Below the pieces are notes generated by a model. That model worked only from the letters and a program-made list of their open reading frames with translations, did not search any database and was not told the origin of the DNA. A DNA stretch of 64,000 bases, from positions 1 to 64,000 of the IMG/VR virus record IMGVR_UViG_3300034198_012226. One strand, written 5' to 3'. This DNA is from a virus. Both the position numbers and the translations under genes were made by a program. Shown here in pieces: positions 20,307-29,659 of the stretch (its first letter is position 1; every line of letters starts with the position of its first letter).

Positions 20307-23300
20307 ATGGCTGCAATCGTTAATGCGCGTGACGCGCTCCTTCAGGCCCCCGGCACCGTCCGGCTGATCGCCACAGACCTTGAAGACCCGTTGAGCATGT
20401 TCTCGGCGGTCAAGTCGTGGGACTTCCGCAACAGCCTGGAAGGGTGGACTATCGGCGGCGCTGGCAACGTCCTGCGTGCCGACTCGTTCGACCTGTCTTC
20501 TTCCGGCTCCGATCCACAGATCAACAGCCCTGCCCTCACCATCAACGGCGGCTTCTACGACAAGGTGCGCGCTCGCGTGCGCCGCAAAGGCGGCACCGGC
20601 TGGCAGGGTTCGCTCTACTACAAGACGCCTGACCGCCAGACCTTTGAAGAACTGTTCACGAAGCAAGTCACCGACGCTACCGTGAACGGCAACTGGGTCG
20701 TGCTGGAGTGGGACATGGGCGACACCGTCAACTGGACGACCAAGACCATCACACAGATCAGGCTCGACCTGGGCGCGAGCGTCAGCGACGTGTTCGAGAT
20801 CGACTGGATTTCGGTTGGTCGCTATGGCCCGGTCTCCCTGAGCGACCTGGGCTACACGGGTGCGCTAAACGCAACCTATGGTGCTGACTGGGCGACGAAC
20901 GTGAACGGCGCTGGCACTGTGAACCAGGCCATCGCTGACGCCGCTGCTGACGCTTCCGCTGCGGCCACCGACGCTGACGCCGCCTTGACCCGCCTCGGCT
21001 CCATGAGCAACGACGCGGTCATCGACCGCACCGAGAAGCTGGAGATCGTCAAGGAGTGGAAAGTCGTCACCGACGAGCGAGCTGGCATCCAGGCTCGGGC
21101 CGACGAGATGGGCGTCTCCAGGGTCGCCTACGACAATGCCTACTCGGCGCTGTCCACCTACCTGGGCACCCTTGCCTACACCGACTACACGAAGGACAAC
21201 GCGGTCGTGCGCTCGACCTTCAACACGAACTGGGCCACGCTCTACACGCAGCGCCAGCTCCTGTTGAACGCCATCGTCGGAGCCTCAGCCAAGAACGTGT
21301 TCGCGCCGACGCGCACCTGGGACTTTGCTGCCGACGCCGAAGGTTGGGTTGGCGAGTCGGCTACGGCTACCATCACCCAGGGCACCAACTCGATCATCGT
21401 AACGTCCGCTGGAGCCGACCCACGTCTGGGATCGGCTTCAGGACTTGCCCTGGTCGGTTCCCAGAATGACAAATGGCGTATGCGTCTGCGCCGTACCGCT
21501 GGTACGGGCTGGCAGGGTTGCCTCTACTACACCACCACGGCTGGCCCGAACGCCCTGCACGGCTCCTCCTCGTCTTACCAGAAGACCATCGCCACCGACC
21601 CGACCATCGGTGGGGCCTGGACGATCATGGAGTGGGACATGGCGGCATTGACCGCTGGCGGCACCGACTATGTCCTGAGCACCATCGGCCAGGTCAGGTT
21701 CGACCTCGGCGCTTCGGCTTCGGACGTGTTCGAGATCGACTGGATCACGGTCGGCAAACACGGCCCTGCCATCTCGGCTATCGACCTGGCAGCAGCCGCC
21801 AACACCGCGTCCTGGGGTTCCGTCAATGGTAAGCCGCTGGACAGCGAGATCATGAATAGCGAACTCGATCCGAAGTTCGCGGGCCTGGACACGCCGTATC
21901 TGCGGTGGGATTTCGCCAGCAGCGTCGAGGGCTTCAGCTTCTCGACCGCCACCTTGACCCACGACGCCACGGACGGCACCATCGTGTGGACGCCGACCGG
22001 CTCCAACCCCGTGCTGTCGAAAGGCATCCCTGCGGCCAGCAAGTTCAACGGTAAGGACTACACCAGGGTGCGCGCTCGCGTGAAGCGTGTGTCTGGCACC
22101 GGCCCATGGGAAGGCAACCTCTATTACGGCACAGCAGGCCCTGTGGCCACCCACGGTGCTGTCACGTCGGCCTATGCCAGAGTCACGCAACCGGCCAACC
22201 CTGACGACTGGAACATCCTCGAATGGGACATGACCAAGCTGGAAGCCGGGGGCACCGACTGGCTTGATAACATCATCGACATGATCAGGATCGACCTGGT
22301 CAGCAGCAACTCCCCGGCGTCGTCGTGGAAAATCGACTGGGTTGCCATTGGCAAGTTCAACACTGGAGTGTCGCCGACCGAGGTGAAGGGCATCCAGGCT
22401 GACCTGGCCACCTTGACCACCAACTTCAACAGCACGAACGACCGCAATAGCGCCGCCGTCGCGGCTCCGACCATCGCCACCGATGGCACTGCCGTCGATC
22501 ACACGATCCGCACCGATGGTAGCGCCGACATCTCGTTCGAGTGGGCCTGGGCGGGTAACGAAGGCGACATCGACGGCTTCCTGGTGTACGTGTTCCAGCG
22601 GTCGGCAACGGGGGCATACACCTTCGGCACGACCCCGGCTGAAGAAACCGTCTTCACCGTCCCGGCCAACAAGCGTGCGTTCATCCTGACTGGCGCAGCG
22701 GCCAACCTGTACACCACCTTCGGCGTGCAGGCGTATCGCTCGGTGGACAAGGACGTGAATGCTGCGGGCGTTATCAAGTCCACCCTGGTGAAGCCCTCGC
22801 TGGTGGCTGAAAACCCGTACCAGCCCTCATCCAGTGTAGCTTTCGCTGGCAACGTCACCGGCACCATCAACGGCACCGCCGTCGCCACCGTGGTGTCCAA
22901 CGCCTCTGCCGGTAAGACGGCCAACGACGCCCTGCCTGCCATGAACACGGCGATCACCGGCAAGCTGGCCAAGAACGCCAACGACACCATCACCGGCCAG
23001 ATCGCCTTGCAGTCCCAGTACGCCCTCCTGGTCGGCACGGCCAACGACGGCATCTTTTATGGCTCCACCGGCATGTACGGCCGCAAGGGTGGCGTCACCC
23101 AGTTAAGCATTGGAGCGGACGGCACGGCCTACTTCGGCGGCACGCTCGGTGCGAACATTGTTGATGCAGGCAACATCAAGGCCGGAGCTGTCCGTGCGTC
23201 GCACTTGATCATCCAGGGTGACGTGACGAACCTTATCCGCGATCCGCGTTTTGAAGACCCGAACTGGTGGAGTCTGCCAGGCCACAACTACGGTCGTGGC

Positions 23301-24908
23301 GACTGGAGTACCACGCAGACAACCGCCTGGAAGGACAACTGCTCGCTGTATCTGTACAGCACCGGCAACCAGGTCAGGGAGTTCTGGACGAAAGAGATGA
23401 TGATCGAGCCAGGCGCTGAGTATTATTTCGAGTATCAGATCAGTTTTTCCGGCGACTTCGATGGTGATGTGGCGATTCACTGGTACATGCCGATGGTGTC
23501 CTGGTACAACTTCGGCGTGCCGAGTTCGGGCTATGTCTTCTCGGACAATTCTTCGGAGATTCACTACCCGAGCAACAGCCGTGGCTTCAAGCAAGTCACT
23601 GGCAGCGTGTATATTCCAGCCGACCCACGCCTGGTCAAGAGCGCCATCCGTGTGCGCTTCCGCGTCAACACCGGCTCCTTTGAACTCGGCGGCTTCCGCA
23701 TCATTCGCAAGCAGGAAACCGTTACGATCCGCGACGGCGTCATCACGGCTTCCAAGATGAACCTGCCATGGGGCGGCTACATCAACTCGGGCCAGTGGGG
23801 CTTCGACGCGGGTGACGGCTTCTGGCTGCAAGGTGGTGACGACCCTCGCTTCAGTATCGGCGCAGGCAACGCTCGCCTGACGTTCCAGAAATCGACCGGC
23901 GTGCTCAAGATGCGGGGCGCGATTGAAGGTTCGTCTATCCGCACTTCGGCCTTGGGCATCGAATCGGCGCGCATGATCACCGACTGGAACATGACAGCTC
24001 CGTTCGTTATCTTCGACACCGCAGGCAGCTACAACGCCAACGCGACCAGCAAGACGGTCACGCTGACGGACATCTGCGGCCCTGCCTACACCGGGGTCGG
24101 CTATCACTCCAAGCGCCTTGCCAGCTTCCGTAAGGACATCTTCATCAAGGTTACGGTCAACGGCGACTTCGGGTGGGAGAACGTGTACATCGACGTTGAG
24201 TACCACAAAAACGGTGGGTGGAATAACATCGCCAGCACCAGTGCAGACTTCAACTACCGAGCAGGAGTCACCATCGTCGTGCGTTACACCCCATGGTTCG
24301 CCGGTTGGGACTGGATTGCATTCCGAGCACGCACCAGCCAGGGACGCACCTACTCGATCACCATGGAAATCCAGGTATTCAACTTCAACGAAACGACGTT
24401 CAGCGAAAACACCTGCTCCGGCATCAATGGTAGCGACGCAACCTACACGCCACCGCCGCCGACTGAGCGTGAGCCATACTGCGTGGACTTTGAGACCGCA
24501 CGCTTCCCGGATGGCACTTATGTTCGTGATGTCCTGGTGGACGACATGGTCGAATGCTGGAACGAAGACCCGATCAATCCAGCCACCGAATACGCAGCAG
24601 CACTGCGGGTTCGCTTCGGTCATGAGGAGAGTTACCGTATCCGCAGCGAGAGCGGAGCCGAGCTGCTGCAATCGAAGTCCACCCCGATGACCCTGCGCGA
24701 CGGCAGGATGATCTACACCCCGGCGCTCCTGGGTGAGGAAATCCTTGTCAAGCGTGGCAATGACTTCGCATGGGAGCGCGTCGTTACCCTTGAAAACATC
24801 GGCGTCCGCAAGGTCGTCAAGCTGTCTCTCGGCGACCGCACGTTCTTCGCAGGTACCGATCCGGAAGCAACCATTGCAACGCACAACATCCAGCAGATGA
24901 AGCCATGA
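20307..24908 (+). CDS. Tail fibre / receptor-binding protein with three repeated beta-sandwich modules and a C-terminal Hint domain
   Basis: 1533 aa, Thr/Gly/Ala-rich; three WDF..EG...R.R..R..GTG.W.G.LYY...EWDM...R.DL.......IDW repeats; PPPP linker then C...THN. Confidence 0.8.
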   Translation: MAAIVNARDALLQAPGTVRLIATDLEDPLSMFSAVKSWDFRNSLEGWTIGGAGNVLRADSFDLSSSGSDPQINSPALTINGGFYDKVRARVRRKGGTGWQGSLYYKTPDRQTFEELFTKQVTDATVNGNWVVLEWDMGDTVNWTTKTITQIRLDLGASVSDVFEIDWISVGRYGPVSLSDLGYTGALNATYGADWATNVNGAGTVNQAIADAAADASAAATDADAALTRLGSMSNDAVIDRTEKLEIVKEWKVVTDERAGIQARADEMGVSRVAYDNAYSALSTYLGTLAYTDYTKDNAVVRSTFNTNWATLYTQRQLLLNAIVGASAKNVFAPTRTWDFAADAEGWVGESATATITQGTNSIIVTSAGADPRLGSASGLALVGSQNDKWRMRLRRTAGTGWQGCLYYTTTAGPNALHGSSSSYQKTIATDPTIGGAWTIMEWDMAALTAGGTDYVLSTIGQVRFDLGASASDVFEIDWITVGKHGPAISAIDLAAAANTASWGSVNGKPLDSEIMNSELDPKFAGLDTPYLRWDFASSVEGFSFSTATLTHDATDGTIVWTPTGSNPVLSKGIPAASKFNGKDYTRVRARVKRVSGTGPWEGNLYYGTAGPVATHGAVTSAYARVTQPANPDDWNILEWDMTKLEAGGTDWLDNIIDMIRIDLVSSNSPASSWKIDWVAIGKFNTGVSPTEVKGIQADLATLTTNFNSTNDRNSAAVAAPTIATDGTAVDHTIRTDGSADISFEWAWAGNEGDIDGFLVYVFQRSATGAYTFGTTPAEETVFTVPANKRAFILTGAAANLYTTFGVQAYRSVDKDVNAAGVIKSTLVKPSLVAENPYQPSSSVAFAGNVTGTINGTAVATVVSNASAGKTANDALPAMNTAITGKLAKNANDTITGQIALQSQYALLVGTANDGIFYGSTGMYGRKGGVTQLSIGADGTAYFGGTLGANIVDAGNIKAGAVRASHLIIQGDVTNLIRDPRFEDPNWWSLPGHNYGRGDWSTTQTTAWKDNCSLYLYSTGNQVREFWTKEMMIEPGAEYYFEYQISFSGDFDGDVAIHWYMPMVSWYNFGVPSSGYVFSDNSSEIHYPSNSRGFKQVTGSVYIPADPRLVKSAIRVRFRVNTGSFELGGFRIIRKQETVTIRDGVITASKMNLPWGGYINSGQWGFDAGDGFWLQGGDDPRFSIGAGNARLTFQKSTGVLKMRGAIEGSSIRTSALGIESARMITDWNMTAPFVIFDTAGSYNANATSKTVTLTDICGPAYTGVGYHSKRLASFRKDIFIKVTVNGDFGWENVYIDVEYHKNGGWNNIASTSADFNYRAGVTIVVRYTPWFAGWDWIAFRARTSQGRTYSITMEIQVFNFNETTFSENTCSGINGSDATYTPPPPTEREPYCVDFETARFPDGTYVRDVLVDDMVECWNEDPINPATEYAAALRVRFGHEESYRIRSESGAELLQSKSTPMTLRDGRMIYTPALLGEEILVKRGNDFAWERVVTLENIGVRKVVKLSLGDRTFFAGTDPEATIATHNIQQMKP
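24480..24887 (+). other. Hint (intein-like) domain at the tail fibre C-terminus (aa 1392-1527)
   Basis: Starts with Cys (CVDFET), block-B-like LLQSKSTPM, block F IGVRKVVKLSL, ends with His-Asn; 136 aa. Confidence 0.75.
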
Positions 24909-25618
24909 TGAATGAATTGATGCAACTTATGAGCGGGGGAGCGCCGCTCCCCGAGATGGTTCCAACCGTCATCCCGGAGTACGTTCCCCCTCCACACGGT
25001 ATCAGGGAATTTCCGGTGTCCAGGCAGTTCTGCGAGGTAGAGCGGACGACTCGAAACGTGCTGACCACATTCATGCAGGCGAGCACTCCCGAGGACACCG
25101 ACGACACGTACTTCGTGGCCACCGACCCGCCACTTGACCTGGACGCCACGCCACGTAGGCGTATGACCCAGGTTTTGCGCCACATCGGCGGCACTGAAGT
25201 CGGGTGGGAGGAGACCTTGACCCTGGGGCAGATGATCGAGGCGGCTGTGGCCGAGACCTACGTCGATGTCGATAAGGTCTACACCGACGCCGTTGGGAAC
25301 CGCACCATGGAGTACACCATCGCCGAAGCCGAGGCCAGGGCCTACCTGGCGGCTGAAGTGAAGCCGGAGTCCGTGTCGTCGTTTATAGAGGGGCCTGCCC
25401 TCAGCAACCCGACCGGCGAGGTGCAGAGCTACGAGTGGGCCAGCCAGCAGATCGTGGAGCGGGCTGATGCCCTGAAATGGGCAGTGGGACGTTTGCGGGA
25501 AGTAAGGATGGCCAGGCAGAAAGACATGCGGGCGGCTACCAGTGAGATGGAGCTTGCCATGGCCGTCGCCACCTGGATGGATTTCATCAGGTGGATCAGA
25601 GGGGTGTTGGGAATCTGA
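24905..25618 (+). CDS. Putative tail fibre assembly chaperone
   Basis: ATGA-coupled to the fibre; EYTIAEAEARAYLAA...QIVERADAL...LREVRM helical pattern of fibre assembly proteins. Confidence 0.5.
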   Translation: MMNELMQLMSGGAPLPEMVPTVIPEYVPPPHGIREFPVSRQFCEVERTTRNVLTTFMQASTPEDTDDTYFVATDPPLDLDATPRRRMTQVLRHIGGTEVGWEETLTLGQMIEAAVAETYVDVDKVYTDAVGNRTMEYTIAEAEARAYLAAEVKPESVSSFIEGPALSNPTGEVQSYEWASQQIVERADALKWAVGRLREVRMARQKDMRAATSEMELAMAVATWMDFIRWIRGVLGI

Positions 25619-25701
25619 GACTGCACTCAGTGTAGGCAGGAGAAGGTGGCGCGAACTGATGACTTGAAGTAATATTGGCCAAAGTCAACAAGGAGTTCAC
25701 C

Positions 25702-26193
25702 ATGGCAAAGTTTCGCGCCGCCTTCTACAAAGGTATCAGGCCAGGCATCGCTGGCATCTACAGTCACGCCGTCCAGAAGTGGGAGCGCGGCGAATACAGT
25801 CACGTCGAGCTGGTCTTCTCGGATGGGATGTCGGCCTCGGCATCGTTCACCGACAAGGGCGTCCGGTTCAAGCAGATCGACTACACCAAGGTCGAGGACT
25901 GGGACTTCATCGAGCTGCCGGCCGAATTGGAAGCCGGTGCCCGCCAATGGTTCGTGGATCACGACGGCGAGAAGTACGACCTCCAGGGGAACTTCCACTT
26001 GCTGATCGGCTTCATCCCCGAGGATCGCAACCGCAAGTTCTGTTCCGAGGCCGCTGGCTACGCCCTGGGCTTCCCTGAAGCCTGGCGCTTCGGCCCGAAC
26101 TGCCTGGCAGCTATCCTGCGCAACCCCAACCTGCGCGCCGTCATGCTCGGTGCGAAGGATCAAACCTTTGGAATCCCATGGCAGCACGGCTAA
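25702..26193 (+). CDS. Permuted papain-like (NlpC/P60, YiiX/YebB-type) enzyme
   Basis: YSHVEL (His) precedes KYD and FCSE (Cys), the permuted catalytic order; AGGAG SD. Confidence 0.7.
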   Translation: MAKFRAAFYKGIRPGIAGIYSHAVQKWERGEYSHVELVFSDGMSASASFTDKGVRFKQIDYTKVEDWDFIELPAELEAGARQWFVDHDGEKYDLQGNFHLLIGFIPEDRNRKFCSEAAGYALGFPEAWRFGPNCLAAILRNPNLRAVMLGAKDQTFGIPWQHG

Positions 26194-28628
26194 GAATTGT
26201 CGCCAAGAATCTGGCGAAAAGCGCCAGCATCGTGGCCACCAGCGAGGTGGGCAACATGCTCGCCTCGAACCTGAAGAAGCCCTCCAAGAACTCGGTCTGG
26301 CGTGCCTCGGGCAAGCTGGCCACCTTGACCCTGTCCTGGGGGGCCGCTGTCGTCCTGAGCGCCCTGGCACTGCCACACTGCAACCTGTCGCCGACCGCAC
26401 AGATGCGCGTGCGCGCCACGACCGAGGTCTCGACCACCAACCTACTGCCCAACAGCGACGGGCCGGTCTGGACTTCGCCAGCGTTCGGTGGCGTCGGCGA
26501 CGCCCCAGGCTTCGGCTATTTCGCCCAGTCGATCCAGTTCCCGTCTACCAAGAGCGTTGACCTGTACCTGTACAGGAACGCCACTATCGCGGTCGGAACT
26601 TCGGCCACCTTCTCCTGCTTCGTGAAAATGGACGACGGCACCGCGCCGGTCGTTGGCTACAGCAACACCACGGGCGATTTCCGCATCGTGGTGGCCAACT
26701 CCGCGATCACCAGCAGCACGCTGGTCACGATCCAGAACCTGGGCGGCGGTGTCTACAGGGTCACCGGAACCCTGGCCAGCGGTAACGGCGCAAGTTCCAA
26801 CTTCGGCATCGTCACCTATGCAACCCAGAGCGGCAAGGCTTTCCGCGTCACCGGCTACCAACTCGAATACGGCACGGTGGCCACGAGCTACTACCCGTCG
26901 AATGACACCTTCACGTCACGCTCGGGCAACGCCACCTATATCGGCGACGATGGCCTGATCAAGACCGCTGCAACCGGCGTGGCCCGTATGCAGTACGCAC
27001 CGTTCGACATGGCAGCGCCGCCGCACCTGTTGCTGGAGGATGCTGCCTCGAACTTCACGCGAGGCTCTGCCACCTTGACCACCGCGCACTCCTGGACGCA
27101 CAGCGGCGTGACAGTCGCTGCCGCGACCGGCAAGTTCTATCGTGGCCTCCAGTACCAGAAGATCAGCAAGACCACGACGGCGGCAGCACAGTCGGCCCGC
27201 AGCAATGCGGTGACCACCTCCGCTGGTGCCACGCTGACCTCGTCGTTCGCCATCCGAGCCGACGCTGCGACCAGCGCGGACTTCGGCCAATACGACAACA
27301 CTGCTGCCACCTTCGGCACCGCCGCAGAGAGCATCGCTGCCATCGTTGAAGGCCCCGGCACCATCACGACCGTCCAGGCTGGTCTGTTCCGGATCAGCGG
27401 CCTGTCGGCGACCGAGGACACCATCGTCCAATGCACCAGCTTCTACCCAGTGAACTCCTCGGTCACCCTGAACATCTACCCAGGCAGCAGCGTCTCGGTG
27501 TCGGCTACCGACTCCGTCCTGGTGACCCGTGTGCAGACCGAGTACGGTGCCAAGTTCGATGGCACCGACCTGGTCACCAACGGTGCATTCACCACAGACT
27601 TGACCGGCTGGACGCTGACGCAGCCTACTGGCGGCACGGTGACCTGGAGTTCGGGTACGGCCTCCCTGGTCAGCGACGGCGTCGGTATCCCGATCATCGA
27701 CCGCAGCATTACAACCGTGGCGAACCGGACGTACACCTTGACCTTCTCGTCCACGACGAGTGCGCTCCAGGCATCGGTCGGCACCACGGCGCGTGCGACG
27801 AACCTGGCGAACTTGGCCAACTCCATCGTCGGCAACAACACGCTGACCTTCACGGCCACCGGCACCACGACCTATCTGTCGTTCCGCAAACCGGCAGCGG
27901 GTACCTCTGTCCTGGACAACGTCGTGGTCAAGGCTCACGCCCTGGTGCCGTTCGTGACCTCATACATCGCCACGACGACGGCCACCGGCACCAGGAACCG
28001 TGACGCGCATACCACAGCCCTGGGCACCCGTCCCGAGGGCTACATGGACACCTGGCAGAACTACGGAGTGGACACCGGCTGGCAGACGGCGTGCGCTGCC
28101 CCTGGCATCACCCCGGAAGGTATGGACGACATCGTGGGTGCCAGCGCCTACGCCTACGGTGGAGGCAACACGGCGCGGGCATGGTTCCCGCCAGTGGCGG
28201 TGAAGGGCGTGTCGGTTTCGATCAGCGATCCGGACAACGTGCAGGGTTATGTGGAAGCGGCGATGCTGGTGGTGGGGGAATATTGGTCTCCGGCCAGGAA
28301 TCCGTCGTGGGGGAACGGCCTCACTCCGATTGATCGGAGCAAGAACACGGTGACGGAAGGCGGGACACTGAAGTCTGACCGGAGAACACGGTCGAAGAAG
28401 TTGTCCGTGAACTTGAACAACATGGAGGAGGCTGATCGGTCGTACATGGCTGACCTGCTGCTGCGGTGTGGCATCACCGAGCCGATCTTCTTCTGCCTGT
28501 TCCCCGAGTCGGACGACCCGAAGCTGGAGCAGCACTACACGATCATGGGCAAGGTTTCCACCTTGTCAGCAATGACGATGCCTTATTGGAATGCTGCCAA
28601 CTCACCACTTGAGCTGGAGCAAGTCTGA
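26178..28628 (+). CDS. Distal-tail-like protein with inserted carbohydrate-binding/fibre modules
   Basis: Compact N- and C-terminal tail-protein segments flank about 535 aa of Thr-rich modules (TNLLPNS...QLEYG...TSY; DLVTNGAF...LDNVVVK). Confidence 0.6.
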   Translation: MAARLRIVAKNLAKSASIVATSEVGNMLASNLKKPSKNSVWRASGKLATLTLSWGAAVVLSALALPHCNLSPTAQMRVRATTEVSTTNLLPNSDGPVWTSPAFGGVGDAPGFGYFAQSIQFPSTKSVDLYLYRNATIAVGTSATFSCFVKMDDGTAPVVGYSNTTGDFRIVVANSAITSSTLVTIQNLGGGVYRVTGTLASGNGASSNFGIVTYATQSGKAFRVTGYQLEYGTVATSYYPSNDTFTSRSGNATYIGDDGLIKTAATGVARMQYAPFDMAAPPHLLLEDAASNFTRGSATLTTAHSWTHSGVTVAAATGKFYRGLQYQKISKTTTAAAQSARSNAVTTSAGATLTSSFAIRADAATSADFGQYDNTAATFGTAAESIAAIVEGPGTITTVQAGLFRISGLSATEDTIVQCTSFYPVNSSVTLNIYPGSSVSVSATDSVLVTRVQTEYGAKFDGTDLVTNGAFTTDLTGWTLTQPTGGTVTWSSGTASLVSDGVGIPIIDRSITTVANRTYTLTFSSTTSALQASVGTTARATNLANLANSIVGNNTLTFTATGTTTYLSFRKPAAGTSVLDNVVVKAHALVPFVTSYIATTTATGTRNRDAHTTALGTRPEGYMDTWQNYGVDTGWQTACAAPGITPEGMDDIVGASAYAYGGGNTARAWFPPVAVKGVSVSISDPDNVQGYVEAAMLVVGEYWSPARNPSWGNGLTPIDRSKNTVTEGGTLKSDRRTRSKKLSVNLNNMEEADRSYMADLLLRCGITEPIFFCLFPESDDPKLEQHYTIMGKVSTLSAMTMPYWNAANSPLELEQV

Positions 28629-28650
28629 CCCTAAAGTCAGTGTAGTCAGG

Positions 28651-28671
28651 AGGCCCTTCGGGGCCTTTTTT
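28651..28671 (+). terminator. Rho-independent terminator
   Basis: AGGCCC-TTCG-GGGCCT followed by T-run. Confidence 0.9.
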
Positions 28672-28726
28672 GTTGCTTGTAGGAACTCGCCGATATACAA
28701 TTGCCGCAAATCAACGGACAATATCT

Positions 28727-29053
28727 ATGGACATTCAACCGCCAGACGGTACTTCAATTTGGACACTGGGTGCTGGTGCGGCGGGGGCATTGCTCTACCT
28801 GCGCAAGTTCCTCAGCCGACAGGGTGTGGACATCAAAAAAGACAGCGCAGAGGCCAATCTTATCCAGACGCTCCAGGAGGAGCGGGATAAGGCAATGGCA
28901 GCGGCTGAGAAGGCTTGGGAGACTCGTGCCGAGGACGCCAAGCTGATCGGCGAGCTGACCAGTGAGGTGCGCGCATTACGGGCACAAGTCGCGGAAATGC
29001 GCGCTGTCATGGAACGGATCACAAATGCAAACCAAGCTACTCCAGCCGCGTGA
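28727..29053 (+). CDS. Putative holin-like / lysis accessory protein (one TM helix plus coiled coil)
   Basis: Hydrophobic IWTLGAGAAGALLYL then coiled coil; overlaps the endolysin start. Confidence 0.45.
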   Translation: MDIQPPDGTSIWTLGAGAAGALLYLRKFLSRQGVDIKKDSAEANLIQTLQEERDKAMAAAEKAWETRAEDAKLIGELTSEVRALRAQVAEMRAVMERITNANQATPAA

Positions 29054-29603
29054 CCTGGTAGCCGCAGCCTTCGAGCTGGAGTGCGAAGTCGCCGCCATCC
29101 AGGCGGTCTGCGAGGTCGAGGCACCTCGCGGCGGCTTCGCCAACGGCGTCTGCCTGACCCTATTCGAGGGTCACATCTTCCACAAGTACACGAAGGGCCG
29201 CTTCGCCGAGAAGTACCCGACGATCTCGTACAAGTCCTGGACAACGCAGCACTACGGGAAGACCCCGGCCAAAGAGCGTGAGCGACTTGCCCTGGCCATG
29301 ACCCTGGACATGAACGCCGCTTTGATGAGCGCCTCCTGGGGCAAGTTCCAGATCATGGGCTTCAACTTCGCCCTGTGCGGCTACACCAATGTGGTGGACT
29401 TCGTCCGAGACATGGAGTTCTCGGAAGACGCACAGCTCGACGCCTTTGTCGAGTACATCAAGAACGTGGGCTTGGCCGACGAGTTGCAGGAGCACCGCTG
29501 GCACGACTTCGCCAGGAAGTACAACGGGCCGGAGTACATGAAGAACAAGTACGCCGACAAGCTGGAAGCGGCCTACAAAAAGCACCTTGCCTCGGGGATA
29601 TAA
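29025..29603 (+). CDS. Endolysin, N-acetylmuramidase (DUF3380-type) family
   Basis: AIQAVCEVE, LFEGHIF, SASWGKFQIMGFN, FARKYNGP motifs. Confidence 0.9.
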   Translation: MQTKLLQPRDLVAAAFELECEVAAIQAVCEVEAPRGGFANGVCLTLFEGHIFHKYTKGRFAEKYPTISYKSWTTQHYGKTPAKERERLALAMTLDMNAALMSASWGKFQIMGFNFALCGYTNVVDFVRDMEFSEDAQLDAFVEYIKNVGLADELQEHRWHDFARKYNGPEYMKNKYADKLEAAYKKHLASGI

Positions 29604-29604
29604 C

Positions 29605-29634
29605 TTTACGGCAGGAAACTCGTCAGCTTATAAT
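29605..29634 (+). promoter_or_regulatory. Putative sigma70-type promoter
   Basis: TTTACG-18 nt-TATAAT upstream of ATG 29660. Confidence 0.55.
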
Positions 29635-29659
29635 CAGGAAATACTTGACGGGTAACAAC

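Noticed and set aside
20307-25618. Diversity-generating retroelement acting on the tail fibre
   Set aside because: No reverse transcriptase and no template/variable repeat pair differing at adenines
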